Shown here: in pieces, positions 11,200 through 21,404 of the stretch
How the letters are laid out: each line of letters begins with the position of its first letter
Numbering within the stretch: the stretch's first letter is position 1
Source of the DNA: the human T2T-CHM13v2.0 reference genome, Homo sapiens
Assembly: GCF_009914755.1 (NCBI RefSeq)
Contig: NC_060933.1
Direction: 5' to 3' (one strand)
Length of the DNA stretch: 64,000 bases
Made by a program: the position numbers and the translations under genes
The notes under the pieces: model-generated
The model's input: only the letters and a program-made list of their open reading frames with translations
Database searches by the model: none
Told to the model about the DNA's origin: nothing

Positions 11200-13110
11200 G
11201 ATTTGGAAAGCCAGGATCCTTCTGCTCCGCTCAGGACCCCCGGAGCCCCGCGAAAACATCTGCCTCCCAGGAGGGTGCCGAGCTGCCTCACCAGGGAGGG
11301 CCTTGCCTCTTCCCGGCTGCCATCTCCCCAACAAGCGTCTGTCCCTTCAGCCGGCAGAGCGAGCCCAGCGTGGCCCCTCAATTTGAAAATGGACGTCTTT
11401 TCTCAAGTTGCTAAGAGTGATCTGTCCCAGAAAAGCGGCCCTGCAAGTTTGAGGACCGCTTATTCCACTTTAAGGACAGCCTTCAGGCCCCCTGAGCGTG
11501 GGTGTGATTGCAGGGCCTCTGCAGCTCTGCTGAGAGCATGAGTCCTTCAAGGAAGACAGAGTGAGCCAATGCTCACCAGCCCCAGAGTCAGAGCTGGCCA
11601 CAGGCTGGCAGCCTCCAGGGGCTTAAAAAAAAAGGCAAAGAACACAGAAAGAGGAGGAGCAAGTGGGATGTTTATGTCCCCCCTTCTCTTCCTGAGTGAT
11701 TCTCAGCCAAGTCCAGACAGTGCTCGGCGGGTGAGGAAGGGTCTGCCCCGAGCTTTCTGGTTGGCAGGTGGCAGCAGGATGGTGGATGTTCAGCCTGAAT
11801 GCCCAGGAGCATTTCTGGGGGGCAGCTAAGACTGGCAGCTGGGTTGGTGTGTTAGCGGGCAGGGGAGCCATTGTGGGGTCCCCAGGAAAGGGCAAGGGCT
11901 CAGCCACATCTTGGGGTCTGGGAGGCCCAGGCTAAGCCATGTGGCAGGGACCGTCTTGCCCTGCTGGCCACACTCTGGAGAAGCACTTCTCAGCCAAGGC
12001 ACCCCTGCCCTGGGACTGGCAGGGCAGGGGCAGGGGCAGGGACAGTGGCCAGGCGGCCCGAGGACTTACGGTCGGCACTTCTCTGTTCTCCCGTGTCAGC
12101 GTGTGGTGTCGCCTGCATGGGTCGTACCTGGATGGTGTGTCCACCATCGACACGGAGGGGCTGGATTTGTTTCTCAGGCAATCCTGTATTTTAATTTTAG
12201 ATGTATTTCCTGAAGCATATTTTTCATAGAATGTAGCGTGTAAATAGCTTTTTAAATAACTTCTTTTTTATAAGAGTAAAAGTATCTTTAGGAATTTCTT
12301 TCTATAGAGTTCTTCATTAACATTTATACGAGTTTTTTGCTGAGTCAGATGGACAGTTGGGTTCTGATGCTTTTTCCTTCTCCTTTCCTTTTATTATTAT
12401 TATTTTTTTCTTTTAAGAACTAAGGTATTGCCTGAAAAACAAGTGATGTCTGTGCAGCCTTACACTCTGTCTTTACAGAAGCAAATAGTACACAAAAGAT
12501 CTATTTCAGACACATTTTGAAGATGAATCTTCAACTTTAATACCAGCTCTTTGTTTTCCTTGTATGATGAGGGGATTGGGGGATACAGTTATTTTACTAG
12601 CACCTTGTGAAGTGTTTCCGTGTTTTGTGATGCTGTAATTTATTAATGTTTGTAGCTTTTTATATTTGTACATTTCTTATGAGCTTTGTTTATATACCCA
12701 TTACCTGGATGTTTTTGTCCACTGGGAGAGGCAGCTTGGTGGAGGCCTTATCCACTCCCACTTGTCCTGTTTGGAGGGACGCAGTCCCTAGGGCCTGAGA
12801 CTGGGTGGGAGAGGGGGAGTCTCACGGGGCCCCAGGCTTATTCAGAACTGGTGTTTTTAAAGTTTCCTTTACCCTGCCCTTGTTGAACATTTATATAATC
12901 TAACCTGGACATCAAGCTGTTCTCTCTCTCTCTTTTTTTTAATTTTATTATTATTATTTTGGCAACATGTACATTTCTAACAAAGTTTATCGTGGCTATT
13001 AAAGTGTTTTATTTCCCAATTCATATTACTCTTGTATCGAGTCCATGAGGTCTAAGGCAACTTAGATCAAAGTTTTAAAAAAGTAAAAATATTTCAGGTT
13101 TTGTACAGAA
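11200..13110 (+). other. PHF2: PHF2 3' UTR (~1.9 kb), GC-rich proximal half and U/AU-rich distal half
   Basis: Follows the stop codon. U-rich blocks at 12180-13100, ending after the poly(A) signals. The end position is approximate. Confidence 0.8.
12998..13087 (+). terminator. PHF2 poly(A) signals: ATTAAA (12998-13003) and AGTAAA (13082-13087)
   Basis: Both variant hexamers are present. UGUA motifs lie upstream, and a GU-rich tract (tgtctgtgtc) lies downstream at ~13114. Confidence 0.7.
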
Positions 13111-16100
13111 CCATGTCTGTGTCATTTCTGCCTCGACTGTAGTTGTTCACCCTGGCAGTGAGGGTGGTGGGGAGGCTCCAGCCACCTGCGTTCCTCATGG
13201 AAAGCTTCGGGTTGCTCAGCCAAATCACACACAGCACCCCAAGCTGGCTGGCAGGAGTGGACAGAAGAGACCCTCGGGGGCTGCAGGGGTGGCAGCAGCG
13301 TTTGTCAGTCCCAGCCCTGAGGATGTCCTTGGGAAGCCTCTAGAACCTTCTTTTGGACTCAAGGGTATGGCGTTTGGCTGAGTCCAGTAGGCACACACAT
13401 GTGCACCCCAGCACGGATGCACACCCAGAAGCATTCAGTCCCTTGCACGGTTCTAGCCTAAGTCTGATGTGATTACAGCTAACTACCAGGAACAGCCCTT
13501 ACCTGACAGAGGCACTCAAATGGTGCAAGCCCAGGGAGGGTGCTGAGCGCAGGGGTGGGGTCGCTGCTCGTGATGTGTGGCAGGCAGGGCTGCTGGGACA
13601 CAGGTGAGGCCTGGGTCAGTCTGTTGGTGGGGGTGCATGCGTGGGGGTGCTGGTGACAATGTTGAGGACCACGGATAAACAGGCCATTTGGCGTTTATTG
13701 AAGAAACATGAATAACCTCGGGCCATTTGGGCAGGCAGATGCTGAGAATCAAGGGGTGTGATGACGGCTGGACTGGCCCAGGCCCCCACACATGGGGTCT
13801 TGCCCTGGGATGGGAGCTGGGAGTGGGATAAGCTGGAGACAAGTTTGGCCTGGGTCACCCAAGGTTGCTCAGCTTGCAGGTTGCTGAGCAGGGTCGGCCC
13901 TGGCTGCCAACACCCTGAGGAAGCAGGATCTCCAGTAGACCCTGAGCAGAGGGCTCTGCCGTGCTGGGTGTCTGACCCACCACTGCAAGATTCTAGGGGT
14001 TTTGTCAACCCGCAGACCTGTGGTCATTCACTCCATGCAGTTTGTCATGTGGCAAAGGAAACTAACCCAAGGCTGCCCTTGGGCAAGTCCTTTCTCGCTC
14101 TGAGCTTTGTTTCCTCCAGTCCCTGCTGGGTGCTCCGGGGGATGCTCCCACCACGCATGGTGGTCGAGCCCCCAGGAGGAACCCCTCCAGGACCTGGGGG
14201 CTCCCCAGGATAGGGCGGGGTCCCAGTGCTGCCCCCAGGTGGTGCCTGGGACCCATGCTGGGGCTGCCCAGGCTGCCAGGCATTTTGGATGCCCCTGGGC
14301 TGTGGGCACTCCCACAGCCTGAGCCACTCCGCTGGACTCCACAAGAGCTGGGTATCCTCTGCACACCCCCAGGCTGCCTGGGAAGCTGGCCTGTCCTTGC
14401 CAGGTCCAGCTAGAGACTGTCCTATGCTTCCCCCAGGAGTCCCTGCACCTTCAGCCCCGCAGCCACTGAGATAAAGTGCAGCGCCCTTCAGGCCCGGGCT
14501 CTGGAGCTCCAACCACCCTCAGTCTGGCCGGCCCCCTGGGCCCAGCATCTGGATCTTGGTGGAGCTGTCTGGGTGCTAGTTGGGTCCACCTCCACCAAGC
14601 ACTGCTGTTAGGACTCACAGGAGCTGAGCACCCTGGGCCCTGGAAGGGGCTTCTGCGGCTGCCCAGCATCTCCTGGAGCCCAGGCTCCGCCCTGTGCTGC
14701 ACTCGGGCCGGCCCAGTGTCTCGAGCCCAGCCCCCACTGAGTGCCAGGCAGCCTGTGAGCCAAGTGTCATGCAAGGATCCTGCCCAGGTGTGCGGCACAC
14801 AGACCTGGACATGCATCTCTGGGTGTGCGCCTGCAGCCGGGAGGCCAGGGGCCCATGTGGCCCCAAGCATGCCCCTAGCTGTGGCTCTTCCCCTAACCTT
14901 GGTGTCGGTGCTGACTGCCCTATGACAGTGAAGTTGGGAGGGTGAGGTCTGGGAGGGAGCTGCCGACCAGCAGCGGACTTTGTGGGTCACGCCTCTGAGA
15001 TTCAGGCCTGTCTGTCCCTGCAGCCTGCCCAGCTTGGCCTGAGCAAGTTCAGTGCGCAGTGCAGTGAACACACACAAGCAAACTGCCCCCGGTCCCGCCC
15101 TCCAAAGCTCGCTGGATTCCACAGTTGTTTACTGAGTGGCTACTGTGTGTCCGAGACTGTGTGGAGAACCTGCCCCAGACTTCACCATGACTGACAACCT
15201 GGGGCAGGTGTTATCATCAGCCAGTTCTGCCCAGGAGTCCACCGAGGTTCAGAAGAGGCACCCGCTGCTCACGGTAGAGCGGGACCCACACCTGCCGCCT
15301 GGACCACAGGATCACAGGACCACAGGACAGCGTGTGGGGGAGACATGCCTCCAGGTGGGAAGGGCAGGTCTCCAGGGGCGCCTGGAGCTGACCATAGAAA
15401 GTGATGTTTCTAGCAACATGAGCAGAGGTAGAGGCAGGCAGCAAGACCCTGGGGTTGTCAGACATGGGCCCTGTGGGCTGAACAGAAAGGAGAGTCTGCA
15501 GCGGCTCAGAGCAGGGCCCTGGGGCCACCGTCACAGTGGAGGGATGCGTCAGGCCCTTGGGGAGCCCCGCAGTTCGGGAGCAGGTGGAGTGAGCTCTCCA
15601 GGACTACAGCCTGCTGCTGGTTGGCCAGAGGCGAGGGACTCTTCCCCTGCCCCTGCCATGTGCCCATCATCTCCATGCCTGGTGGGGAGCTCAGAAACTC
15701 GGCCAGGTCAGTCTATTCTGCAGGACCCTGCCTATATATGTGCCCACATCCTTTCCCCCCGGCTGGACCCAGAGCCGGTCCCTGAACCTGCAGTTGGCAA
15801 AACAGGGTTCAATTTGCGAACCTTTGGGGCCATACCCAGAATAACCACCGGGGGGCAGGGCAGGGCCGGGAACAAGGAGGACAATTGTGTGAGGTTATTT
15901 AGTGCCTGGGGCTGGGGCGGGTGCTGGGACTTAAGGGCTAATGGCAGGCGTGATGGTAACTATGGGCCAAAACAACAACAACAACAAAAAAACAAGCATG
16001 CTGTGAGTGCTGGGAAGGAAGGCGACAGTAAAAATCAGCTCAGCTTAGTCATTGATGCACATGTGCTCTGTTACCTTGTTCATGCTTCACAGTCGCCCCC

Positions 16101-16505
16101 CAAGGGAGATCCCCTGAGCGTCTCTATTTTACTGATGAAGAAACTGAGGCACAGAGTCTCTCAGCTGCTAGAGCAGGAATTTACGTCCAAGCAGGTCAGC
16201 TCCAGGGCCTTTGGGCTTATAAGTGAGACCTGCAGAGAGACATTCTGCAGCCAGCAGCCAGGAGGCAGCTTGCAAGGCCTGCGGAAGGAGGGCTGTGGGT
16301 GTGGGGCAAGGGGCGGTGCAGGAGCAAAGGCCCTGAGGTGTATGGCTGCAGCGAGGGCCTGAGCCAGTGGAAGAGCAGGGTGTAGCTCGGAGCTCAGCTA
16401 AGGGGCACCAGCGCTGTCTCCACAGCGGCTCTCTCTTTACGAGCTGCAAAGTGGCCCACCCCTTTCCCCTAGATAGGCGGGTCTCTTTCCCCTGCCTGCC
16501 CCAGC

Positions 16506-16649
16506 CTAGCCTGAGCTCTGTGCCCATCCCAGACTCTGCACAGCCCTGGGCAAGGAGCCTGATTTGTGGATGGTGACACTGAGGCAGGTCTTGTCAAAGA
16601 CATATGGCTGCCAAGGGTCTCTGCCCTCCTTGTTCGCAGTATCAAGAGG
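16506..16649 (-). pseudogene. Candidate last coding pseudo-exon: PLDTANKEGRDPWQPYVFDKTCLSVTIHKSGSLPRAVQSLGWAQSSG*
   Basis: Preceded on the minus strand by a ~65-nt pyrimidine-rich tract ending ccctccag. Phase 0, compatible with the previous block. Confidence 0.4.
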
Positions 16650-17550
16650 CTGGAGGGTAGTGTGGAAGGGAGAGTTGAGAGGGCTTACGGTACAGGGTTA
16701 AAAAGAGAGAGAGAGATGTTGCTGATTTTAAAATCCAAGCTGTGTTCCAGTCTTCGCGAAAACAGTCTCCTTAATAATAATTCCCAGTGGTGACGGTGAC
16801 ATAAGTACTCAGACGGAAGGTCTCAGATATCCGGGTCCAATACCGCTGGTCTTGTCCAGTGACCCTGTGGCCAGTGTGGTCACAGTTCCTGAGCACCTAC
16901 TGTGTGCTATGCAGGGCACTACAAGCTTTCCTCTGGCTGGCTGACCACTTAGCATGCTCCCTAAGCCCCGGCCCATGGAGGGAACAGGGCTGGGTCATGG
17001 GCTGGGCAGGCTTAGACAGTCTGGCCTGGGGGGCCTTTGAGCAGAGCCTTGAAAGCCTGAGAGAAGAGTGTAAGCAGAGGGGACAGCCTGTGCCAAGGCC
17101 CTCAGGCAGGAGCCAGCTTGCTGGGGAAGAGCCAGGAGGCAGTTAGGTGAGGAGAGGGCACTGAGAGCCAGCAGGGCCAGGGTTAGAGGGAGGCTTCATC
17201 CCCTCAAGCCCTTGGCAGGTCCTTGCCCAGCCTGGCTGTGTGGCCTTGGAGGACAGCCTCAGCCTCCTCATCTCCAGAGTGGGGGTGATGGCGCTGACCC
17301 ACATAGAGTTGCTCCAGGGCCCACGCTTCCCTGTGTGCCCCCCACTTCCCAACAGCCCCTTGTGGAGCACTCTTCTACCCTTCTGCAAGCCCTGCTCAGA
17401 GGGTCTTGCTCACTGTGTGACCTTGGGCAGGTCACTTTCCTTCTCTGGGCCTCTTTTTTTCCCTCTGCCTTGCTGACGGCAAGGCTGCCTCCACCCGGAG
17501 GGGCAGGGGAGGTTCCCACTGGAGCTGAGGCAGGGGAGAGGTGTCCTCAC

Positions 17551-17658
17551 CCAGGCCTTGACTTCTGCCCTCTAGGCCTTATCGAGAGTGGTGATGGCCT
17601 GCAGCGCTGCCTTGGGCGACCAGGCCTGGCCCGAGAGCTTCCGTGGGTGGACCTGGCA
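17551..17658 (-). pseudogene. Candidate pseudo-exon: CQVHPRKLSGQAWSPKAALQAITTLDKA*RAEVKAW
   Basis: Acceptor ctcctactgtgcttcag and donor TGG|gtgagg. 108 nt (36 codons), one TAG. 73-nt intron upstream. Confidence 0.5.
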
Positions 17659-17731
17659 CTGAAGCACAGTAGGAGGTGCAGGGGAAACCATGTCCTGGAC
17701 CTCAGGCCTGTACTGATGCTTAAACACTTAC

Positions 17732-17814
17732 TGATTTCCAGTTTTCGGTTCTTTCTCACATTTTGCAGTACATTTTTTTTTTGGCCGCAACTTAAAGTTT
17801 TTGTCTGCAGAGCC
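17732..17814 (-). pseudogene. Candidate pseudo-exon, lysine-rich with an A10 tract (alternative start at 17804)
   Basis: Donor TCA|gtaagt and two possible cag acceptors. Reads GSADKNFKLRPKKKCTAKCEKEPKTGN from 17814. Confidence 0.45.
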
Positions 17815-18782
17815 CTGTGGCCAGAGGGACTGGCTGTGGTGACTGGGGTGCAAGGTGGGGTGCCCTCAGGGGCCCAGCTGGGCTGCGGATGCCTGATGGA
17901 TGCCCCCTGGCAAGCCCCAGCTGCCCCATTGAGCCACCCATTGCCCTTGAACCCTCTTCCAGGCCGAGTCCCACCGTTGCCTCATCCAAACAACCCCAGC
18001 GATGCCACCTCGGTAGAAAAATGATGCTGTTCCATTAACATCTGACACGGATTTGCAGGCCCCAAACAGACGAGCGAGCTGTAAACACCCGGTGCTGGCT
18101 GGGCCCTCGCCCGGCCTCCAAGTAGGATCCTTGTCATTAATCGTCCTCCCGCCGGCCAGGCTGGGCCCTGGGCCCCACTGTCCAGCCAGTGCTATTCCAA
18201 AATCAGAATCCTCCTTGTCCCCTGCAAACTGCATTTACCAAACAATGGACTCGCCGGCTTTGCAGGCAGGAGCAGAAAGAGAGCGTGCACCCCACTTCTG
18301 GTGCTGATGTGGGTGGTGGAGGTCCTGGTGCTGCCTTTGCCCACTGTATGACCTGGGGCCTTGACTTCCTGCCTATAAAATACAGCAATACCCCTGGTTT
18401 CCTGAGGGTCTTGTGAGAATGAGAATCGAGGGCCTGGTGTGCCACGATTCCACCTGCCCGGTGTGCTCTTGGGGACAAGTCTCTCAGGCTGCCTGGTTGG
18501 GAAGGGTGGGCTGCCAAAGGGGCCGGCAGCTCCACAGAGCCCTCTTGTCAGCACGCCCTGCCTGGGAGCAGCCCACTGCGGTGCTGGGTGATTTCTGCTC
18601 ATTGTGGCTGATTTAATAAGTGTGTGAGGCCACCTCCATGTTGTTACCTATATCTTTTTATCCAGAAGAGGAAGGATTTTGTCCATGTGTTGTCTAGAAT
18701 CAGGAGTACCATGTGTGTACACCAATGTGAGGTTTTGTCCACTTGTGAAAGGGAAATCTTACATAAATGTGCAGTGACTCAC

Positions 18783-18862
18783 ATATTTGGTAGAGGAAGC
18801 TTTGGTCTGCGACATGCCCAGGAGTACATTTGTATTTCCTTCCTTCCGTCTTGGGCTCCTTT
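18783..18862 (-). pseudogene. Candidate pseudo-exon: (E)RSPRRKEGNTNVLLGMSQTKASSTKY
   Basis: Acceptor ttttcctaaactctaacag and donor TAT|gtgagt. 80 nt, phase 1 to 0. 106-nt intron upstream. Confidence 0.55.
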
Positions 18863-18968
18863 CTGTTAGAGTTTAGGAAAACTACATGTCTGTGCCTCCA
18901 GGGGGCCATCGGCATCTCTGCTCTGCTCCCTGGGCTGGCAGGGACCCCAGTGGGGAAAATCATCTTAC

Positions 18969-19075
18969 CTTCCAGTGCCATCAGGATTACAGAGGTAAGC
19001 CACCTTAGCTCAGTGTCAGACGTTTACTGGGATTATTATCATTGCTCAAAAAAGCCATTTATTTCACCTTTACAT
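18969..19075 (-). pseudogene. Candidate pseudo-exon: CKGEINGFFEQ***SQ*TSDTELRWLTSVILMALE
   Basis: Acceptor tgtctttttccccag and donor AAG|gtaaga, both near-consensus. 107 nt, phase 2 to 1. Confidence 0.55.
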
Positions 19076-19237
19076 CTGGGGAAAAAGACAGTCCTGTTTC
19101 CTTATTATTTACTTTTTAAACCACGCAGCTCTGCTCCACTGGGATGTATTGTAATTTGCTGCAGAGCACTGGGATCGCCCTGATATATTCCCCGTTGGTA
19201 TCCAGGTATTTGTGGCACATAAATACACAGAAATTAC

Positions 19238-19394
19238 TTTCCCTGCGGATGGGATTTTCCCGGTGTAAAAGTTTAATCAATGTCTGGACTCTGCTTGTCC
19301 AGGGTTTCCAGGTGCAATGCTGGAATATGTTCCCAATCTACCAGATCCTTATTGTCCTCCTTGGATTGATGAGCTGCAAACCCATGAAGCAAAC
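19238..19394 (-). pseudogene. Candidate pseudo-exon: LLHGFAAHQSKEDNKDLVDWEHIPALHLETLDKQSPDID*TFTPGKSHPQG
   Basis: Acceptor agccttcag and donor AAA|gtaatt. 157 nt, phase 1 to 2. Confidence 0.45.
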
Positions 19395-19899
19395 CTGAAG
19401 GCTGTTGATGACCTCAGGCTGCATCCACTTTCCCTGTTCAGGGAGGAGGGGTGCGATCTCCTGGTCAAACCCTCCCTTTTCCCCCAGCTCAATGCAGACA
19501 CTCTCTGGGCTTAGCTCTCCACTTCACTCTGGGGCGGGTCATGGGGTGGGGGGGGTGTGCAATCTCCCAGGACCCCCTACACCAGCCCTGCCCTGTCTAG
19601 GTCTCCTGATTCCCTTCTTTACTGCTCCAAATTCAGCTTTGAAACAGTATTTCCTCTGGTCACTTTCCTGCTCAACCACCATCTGTGGCTCTTCACTGTT
19701 ACAGGATCCTGACACTCTGTGTCAAACAAAGGATCCTCCATTGTTTTGTACTACAACTCTCACAGCCCCAGCAGGGCATCCTTTGCGCAGTCATCAGGCC
19801 TCCCCAGGCCCATTTCACCCCTGAGGATGGTCTCCATTTGACCTCATGTTAGCTGGCGCTGGGGCCACAGTGGTGAGCCAGCTGTGGTCTTCCCCTTGG

Positions 19900-20200
19900 G
19901 GAGCCCCAGCTCCTGGGCAGGTAAGGGCCTCAGTGGTCAGTGGGTAGCAAGGTGAAAGGAATGGCCAGGGACCCTGGAGGAGAAAAGGATTGGAGACCAA
20001 GGTAAGGAGGGGCACACAGGGAATTTTAGAAGAGGAAGTGCCAGAATGGAGTCTGACAAGAAGAGACTGTGATTCCAGGTGGGGAAAGAGAGTGTCAGAG
20101 GAAGGGGCTCCAGGCAGAGGTACCCATGAGTGCACAGTAGGGTCCAGAGTGAGAGCAGGGAAGGACAGGGGGCAGGTCTGGCGACTGGCCAGGCTGCTGG
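19900..20200. mobile_element. Degenerate L2 fragment
   Basis: Purine-rich motifs such as gattccagg...gaaggggctccaggcagagg are typical of L2 3' regions. Boundaries approximate. Confidence 0.45.
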
Positions 20201-21231
20201 AGAAGTGCGACGTGTATGGGGCAGGGGCTGGGCCCCAGGCTGCGCAGGGTCCTGGGGCAGGTGGGGATGGAGGAAGGAGCTGCATTGAGCTTGGCCCTGC
20301 AGATGTGGATTAGGACACACAATGTATCTGAGTGGCCCTTCTGGGGTCTGCGGTTATCGCTGTTGCCTCCTCCGAGACCCTAGTGATTCAAGGCCTGAGG
20401 GTGCACAGGCAGGCAGTCAGGGGCATGGTCAGGTAGCAGGGGGCTGGGTCTGGCCACCTCTACCACAGTGGGCTTGGCTGGCCTAAACAGGCAGGCCAGG
20501 GGCTCCTGGAAGTCTAGATGGCAGAGGGCAAGGCTTGGGATTGTCCAACCACAGCCTGTGCCAGACAAGTGGCCTCTGGCCCTCCATCCCATACTCCTCT
20601 GAGGGTGACCATGTCTATCCTGGGTGCTCAGCCCAAACTCGGCTAGACTGCGAATTGGAAGCTGCCTTCCTGGGCCAGCCTTAGGGATGGGGCCTGGAGA
20701 AAAGATTTCCCCTCTGGCCTCAGTCTTAGCTCTGGGTCCGAGGCCATAGACCAAACCAAAGAGAAGTAGGAACACAGCTCTGAGGCTGTCAGCTATTGTC
20801 TATGGCCCCCATCCCCTGGCAGTACAGTAAGCAACTGAGGCCAAGTGACACCAAGTGACATGGGTGTTCTCATGGCCCATCCAAAAGCAATCATACTTCA
20901 GGCTTGTGGGAGAGACAGATCCTCCCCCACTAGGAAGCCCTGCGGAAGTCCAGGTAATGAGAGCATTGAGATTTGAGCAGGATGCTTCAGGGTGGATTAC
21001 TGAGTTAGAAGCTCCTTCGAGAAGCAGAAGTGGGAACAGATGGTAAGGGTTGAGGGACCAAGAAGAAGGGAGGTGGTTAACAAGTCTTGAGCTGGGGCCA
21101 AGGCCAGAGTCATGAAGAGGACAGCATAGATTTGAGAGCCACCTGTCCTCCTATAAATCCTGGGAAGCTTGGAGAAAATGCCTAGCTAAGAGAAATGAAA
21201 CCAACTGAGGAACAGACCTCCCATTCCCCAG

Positions 21232-21402
21232 AGCGGGACCATCCAGTAGAACACTCTGCAATGACAGAAATGTTCATATCGTGCCATCGAGCACTTGAAA
21301 TGTGACTAGTGTGACTAAGTTATGAATTTAATTTTTTTCTCTTTTTTCAAAATTGAGTGGATCTGTGGAACAAAATTTTAAATTTTATTTAATTTTAAAT
21401 TA
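21232..21402. mobile_element. MER3-like hAT DNA transposon fragment
   Basis: tccagtagaacactctgcaatgacagaaatgttc...gagcacttgaaatgtgactagtgtgact...ttttaaattttatttaatttt. Confidence 0.7.
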
Positions 21403-21404
21403 AT

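Noticed and set aside
11019-11414. 131-aa plus-strand ORF over the last exon
   Set aside because: Wrong frame. The spliced PHF2 frame ends at TAA 11199.
15136-16362. 408-aa plus-strand ORF downstream of PHF2
   Set aside because: Non-ATG start, GC-rich composition, runs through a (CAA)n tract and a MIR-derived segment (PILLMKKLRHR type), and has no recognisable domain.
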